Virus record (IMG/VR): IMGVR_UViG_3300016667_001098
Coordinates: 1-31,184 of that record
Direction: 5' to 3' (one strand)
Source: a virus
Taxonomy: Duplodnaviria > Caudoviricetes
DNA: 31,184 bases
The translations under genes and the position numbers were made by a program. Under the pieces are notes generated by a model, which was not told where the DNA came from, did not search any database, and saw only the letters and a list, made by a program, of their open reading frames with translations. Numbering within the stretch: the first letter of the stretch is position 1; every line of letters starts with the position of its first letter. Shown here in pieces: positions 27,804-31,184 of the stretch.

Positions 27804-28494
27804 CCATCATAAAATACAAGAATTATATAAACAATTTATAACAGTAAATTATACAGATGAATATAAAAATCGGTACGTTGATTTACCACTCTACAAAAAT
27901 AATAAAAAGTGGAAGTGGGAAGGTAAGGATTTTCCGCGTGTTATATCTCTCTTAGAATTTGAAACATTTATTAAAAAATATGATTTTAATATTAAAAACT
28001 TACTAATATTCAATTTTGATAGTGATCCAGAGTTGGAATATCTAGAGGGCAGAGTCAGTAATATTGATAATATAAATTATGAAGATGATGTTATTAACAA
28101 TGATCTTCATTCACTCAACTTATCTAATAAAAACTACGATTTTGTATGCCTACATCAGACTCTTGAACATGTATATAATCCACATCAATGTTTAAGCAAT
28201 ATTAAAGATCATATGAAAGTAGGAGGTTATCTATATATAAACGTTCCTGCTTGTAACGCTCCACATAGCGAACCATATCACTACTTTACAGGATTTACCC
28301 CGATGGGTCTAGTAGCAATAGCACATCAATTAGATTTTGAGATATTAGAAGTAGGTCAGTGGGGTAATGTTGAATATCACATAAAATTGTGGTCAAGAAC
28401 TCCAGGTTGGAGTGATTATACTCAGTTAGATAATCCTGGATTGAATCAAATTGAAAATCCAATAATTACATGGATACTCTTAAGAAAAAAATAA
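27790..28494 (+). CDS. Class I SAM-dependent methyltransferase-like protein
   Basis: YDFVCLHQTLEHVYNP...L......KVGGYLYINVP, PHSEPYHYF; the Gly-rich SAM loop is not evident. Confidence 0.7.
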   Translation: MKTISHHKIQELYKQFITVNYTDEYKNRYVDLPLYKNNKKWKWEGKDFPRVISLLEFETFIKKYDFNIKNLLIFNFDSDPELEYLEGRVSNIDNINYEDDVINNDLHSLNLSNKNYDFVCLHQTLEHVYNPHQCLSNIKDHMKVGGYLYINVPACNAPHSEPYHYFTGFTPMGLVAIAHQLDFEILEVGQWGNVEYHIKLWSRTPGWSDYTQLDNPGLNQIENPIITWILLRKK

Positions 28495-28495
28495 T

Positions 28496-29347
28496 ATGAT
28501 AGGTATAATTTGTCAGGACGATATTAATATAGTAGGTCATAGTCTATTTAAAAATTTTCGTACAGCGCTTACAAACTACTTGCAAGTATCGATGTATGAT
28601 GTTAATTCTGTTGATGAATTAACAAATATCGATACATTAATAATCGTAGATGAACACTACATACCACATAAACAAATATGGCAGAATGATTTCTTTATCA
28701 ATGCTATTAATGATAAAGAAATAAAGGTTTTAATTTTTAATTTTGAAAAAATATTTAATAGTCAATTTCCATGGAATATTGAGATACAGTGTTTTGTTAA
28801 TAAAATTAATAGAAAGATACAACTTGTTTCAGATGTAAAGGATGCAGCAATTTTGAATACCTCTGTAATTAATAAACAGCTATTATCTAAAGATACGTTT
28901 CTCGCAGAACCAAACAAGGATAAGAGTGATGATATACTTTTTCTTGGACAAATAAACGAATATTATCCAACACGTAGTGTGATACTAAATGAATTACAGC
29001 AAGTAAGTAATACACTAAAAATAGTAAAAACAGATCGAAAATATAGCTATAAAGAATTTATTGATATATTAAATGGTGTGAGATTTATCTTAAACCCATT
29101 AGGCACCGGAGATTTCATTAATTTGAGATTTTATGAGGCGTTAAGTCTAGACTGTATAGTAATACAACAGTATACTGATGAAATGGAGCAGTGGTATCCG
29201 GAGTTAAATCAACCAAATGTCTTAAAGTTTAAATCTGTTGAAGATTTTAAAAATATGGACTTCAACACAACTAATATATATAGTAATAAATATCTAGAAG
29301 ATTATTTTAACGAAATTAACTTAAAACAAATAATGCATAACATATAA
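28496..29347 (+). CDS. GT-B glycosyltransferase-like protein (CgeB/Glyco_trans_1_2-like)
   Basis: ILFLGQ....YPTR, RFILNPLG....NLRFYEAL. Confidence 0.65.
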   Translation: MIGIICQDDINIVGHSLFKNFRTALTNYLQVSMYDVNSVDELTNIDTLIIVDEHYIPHKQIWQNDFFINAINDKEIKVLIFNFEKIFNSQFPWNIEIQCFVNKINRKIQLVSDVKDAAILNTSVINKQLLSKDTFLAEPNKDKSDDILFLGQINEYYPTRSVILNELQQVSNTLKIVKTDRKYSYKEFIDILNGVRFILNPLGTGDFINLRFYEALSLDCIVIQQYTDEMEQWYPELNQPNVLKFKSVEDFKNMDFNTTNIYSNKYLEDYFNEINLKQIMHNI

Positions 29348-29354
29348 TAATTAT

Positions 29355-29402
29355 ATGTATATTGAACATCCAATATACAACAGTAATTTCATCATCATGT
29401 AA
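29355..29402 (+). pseudogene. Degenerate remnant of the 5' end of a DUF366 gene
   Basis: MYIEHPIYNSNFIIM* aligns ungapped with MIIEQQVYNGDLIH (29587); 28 of the first 39 nt identical by hand count. Confidence 0.6.
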
Positions 29403-29552
29403 TGACGTAGTGTAATATACTTACACAATAAATTTTGCATAACGTATAGTAATGATTGAAGCTATTTTACAACAGCTAAAAGCTTTTAGTTTTATTAGGT
29501 GCTATAATTCTAGGTATAGTTTAAAGGCAATGAAATAAACTAGTTTCGTATG

Positions 29553-29580
29553 TTGAATTAATCGATTTATATGCTATCAT
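29553..29580 (+). promoter_or_regulatory. Sigma70-like promoter (DUF366)
   Basis: TTGAAT-N16-(TGc)TATCAT-N6-ATG(29587). Confidence 0.75.
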
Positions 29581-29586
29581 ATTCTT

Positions 29587-30168
29587 ATGATTATTGAACA
29601 ACAAGTCTATAACGGTGATCTCATTCACGAGCGGTTTGCCTATAAGTATTTTCGTAAGCAGGTATCACCTTATGGTAACATTGTAGCTTTTCGCGCTCCT
29701 ATGTATGTAAGTGATAATCTAATTGATTTAGAGGATTCACTAACTAAGGATTTTATCTATTCTGAAGATGCTGTTAATTTCTGCTGGGAGATTCCAAACA
29801 TGTGTCCATTAGGCGCTGTATCTTTTCAGCGTTTATTGAATACTGGTATTGCTAATATTCTCTCTAATGTGATTGATAAAGGTATTATCGTAAAAGGTGA
29901 CGACCTAATGGTTCGTGATAAATTCATCGGTAGTGATGATAGACTACGCGAAACAGGTAAGGTGAGTGTGTCTATTACTTATAGTAAGGAAGATGTTGCT
30001 ATAGGTCATACTGGTATTAATATCCGAGCAGGTAATAAAGCACCTGGATTCGCTTATTCGAGTAATATGACTGATGAACAAGCTGAATATTTTATGAATG
30101 CAGTTATTCAATACTTCACAGATGAGACGCGCAGTCAATTTGAAGCCACTACAAAGGTAATTGTATGA
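29587..30168 (+). CDS. DUF366 family protein (biotin/lipoate-ligase-like fold)
   Basis: YNG, IVAFR, IDLED, FQRLL, KGDDL, GKVSVSI, HTGINI. Confidence 0.8.
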   Translation: MIIEQQVYNGDLIHERFAYKYFRKQVSPYGNIVAFRAPMYVSDNLIDLEDSLTKDFIYSEDAVNFCWEIPNMCPLGAVSFQRLLNTGIANILSNVIDKGIIVKGDDLMVRDKFIGSDDRLRETGKVSVSITYSKEDVAIGHTGINIRAGNKAPGFAYSSNMTDEQAEYFMNAVIQYFTDETRSQFEATTKVIV

Positions 30169-30557
30169 ACTTCTTTCAGCTACAAAATAAGCTTTTCTAT
30201 TCTAAGAAAGATGTAGCTGGTGATTTAGATACTGAGGGGGAGCAATCATTTGCTCCCTTTCTTATTAATCGCTGGTTAGCTTTTTATAGCAAAGAAATGT
30301 CTATCTTCACCAACGAAACTCTCAACAAGTATTGTGGTATATTTGAAGAAAAGCAAAAGATGTATGAGATGTACTTTTATCTTATTCCGCGGTTGAGATT
30401 TAAGAAGATTACATATATTAAAAAGACAAAAAAAGAAAAAGAGACTGATAAAGAGAAAGAAGAAGATGATAAGCTTACAATGTTTGCAAAGAATAATCAT
30501 CTATCAAAGCGTGAGCTAAAACAATACATTGAATTAGAAAAACAACTTAATAAATAA
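30165..30557 (+). CDS. gp62: Clamp-loader small subunit (T4 gp62-like)
   Basis: FAPFLINRWL, NETLN, YFYLIPR...YIKK, LSKRE..QYI. Confidence 0.65.
   Translation: MNFFQLQNKLFYSKKDVAGDLDTEGEQSFAPFLINRWLAFYSKEMSIFTNETLNKYCGIFEEKQKMYEMYFYLIPRLRFKKITYIKKTKKEKETDKEKEEDDKLTMFAKNNHLSKRELKQYIELEKQLNK
30551..30556 (+). promoter_or_regulatory. Late promoter core TAAATA (GroES)
   Basis: 9 nt before ATG 30566. Confidence 0.55.
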
Positions 30558-30565
30558 ACGAAATT

Positions 30566-30955
30566 ATGGCATCTATTGATAATCTAGCACCTATGCGAAG
30601 TCTTATTGACTTGACGCAACACAGCCGAGGTGATTTCGGTATTGACGATTTTGAATTAAGTTTCATTTTCGATGACATTCTTCTTGTTGAGTATATCGAT
30701 GAAAGCGAAGAAGGTGAAATTGTACGTAATGGTATTATTGTACCAACAAATGCGGTATCAAAAGCCTGGCGTAAGGGTAAAGTAATTCTAGCTGGGCCGG
30801 AGGCTAAGTATGCTAAGGTAGGTGATGTTGTAATCTTCCCTGGTAACATGGGTGTTACTATTGCTAATATCGATATTAGCGGTCAAGGTAAAATTAAAAA
30901 TGGTGTTTTTCTAAACGAGCAGAGAATGTTCGGTATCTGTAAGGTTAAGGCATGA
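30566..30955 (+). CDS. GroES/Cpn10-like co-chaperonin
   Basis: DDILLVE, GIIVP, GKVILAGP...AKVGDVVIF, FLNEQ. Confidence 0.85.
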   Translation: MASIDNLAPMRSLIDLTQHSRGDFGIDDFELSFIFDDILLVEYIDESEEGEIVRNGIIVPTNAVSKAWRKGKVILAGPEAKYAKVGDVVIFPGNMGVTIANIDISGQGKIKNGVFLNEQRMFGICKVKA

Positions 30956-31184
30956 TAGTTCAAAGAGCAACTCTTGATTCGTTATTACTCAATAACGTAT
31001 GTGAAATTCGATTTGTAAGACGTATTCCTAAGCCGGGATTCGCATCGACTCGTCGAATGCTATGCACTAAATCATATGGGTTGCTTAATTCTACAAACGG
31101 TAGAATTACCCTGAACTTTAGGCCACCTACACATATAAGCAGAATAAATGAAGCTGCAGAAAATGTTGTTATAGTGCGGGATAT
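30952..31184 (+). CDS. WYL_2/DUF2693-like protein, truncated by window edge
   Basis: ATGA-coupled; hand translation MIVQRATLDSLLLNNVCEIRFVRR...TRRMLCTKS...NVVIVRD, with the F..K/R...R.M.CT pattern. Confidence 0.6.
   Translation, partial: MIVQRATLDSLLLNNVCEIRFVRRIPKPGFASTRRMLCTKSYGLLNSTNGRITLNFRPPTHISRINEAAENVVIVRD

Noticed and set aside
11514-30849. Short opposite-strand or alternate-frame ORFs (11514, 13138, 15978, 16249, 16326, 17384, 23880, 25264, 29944, 30276, 30547)
   Set aside because: Nested in real genes with no recognisable protein features.
1-31184. Stop-codon reassignment, tRNAs, CRISPR array, IS elements
   Set aside because: Standard code gives full-length genes ending in TAA, TGA and TAG; no cloverleaf, repeat-spacer array or transposase seen by eye.
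31174-31184. VRD instead of the expected VWD in the last gene
   Set aside because: Single-base difference (CGG vs TGG) at the very end of the window; cannot be told from a sequencing error.

Overview
Gene-dense, AT-rich segment of an uncultured-type T4-like (myovirus) phage genome, standard genetic code. Left (minus strand): T4 core replication/recombination block (family B DNA polymerase gp43, partial; a glycosyltransferase; gp46; gp47; late sigma gp55; UvsW; UvsY). Middle: a late-promoter-driven run of proteins with T4-internal-protein-like N-termini, including a PD-(D/E)XK nuclease-like protein, a KxDG ligase-fold protein, a HIGH-family nucleotidyltransferase and a retropepsin-like peptidase; then a DenV-like glycosylase and folE/queD/queE (7-deazaguanine precursor genes) interleaved with phoH and other late genes. 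Right: a 12-gene, very AT-rich glycosyl-/methyltransferase island, a degenerate copy of the 5' end of the next gene, a DUF366 protein, a gp62-like clamp-loader subunit, GroES and a partial WYL_2/DUF2693-like gene. Almost every transcription unit starts with one of two promoter types (TTGAWW-N16-TAnnnT or TAAATA) only 5-9 nt before the ATG, implying leaderless translation, and the two classes face each other at the strand switches. All family assignments are from motif recognition by eye; no searches were run.
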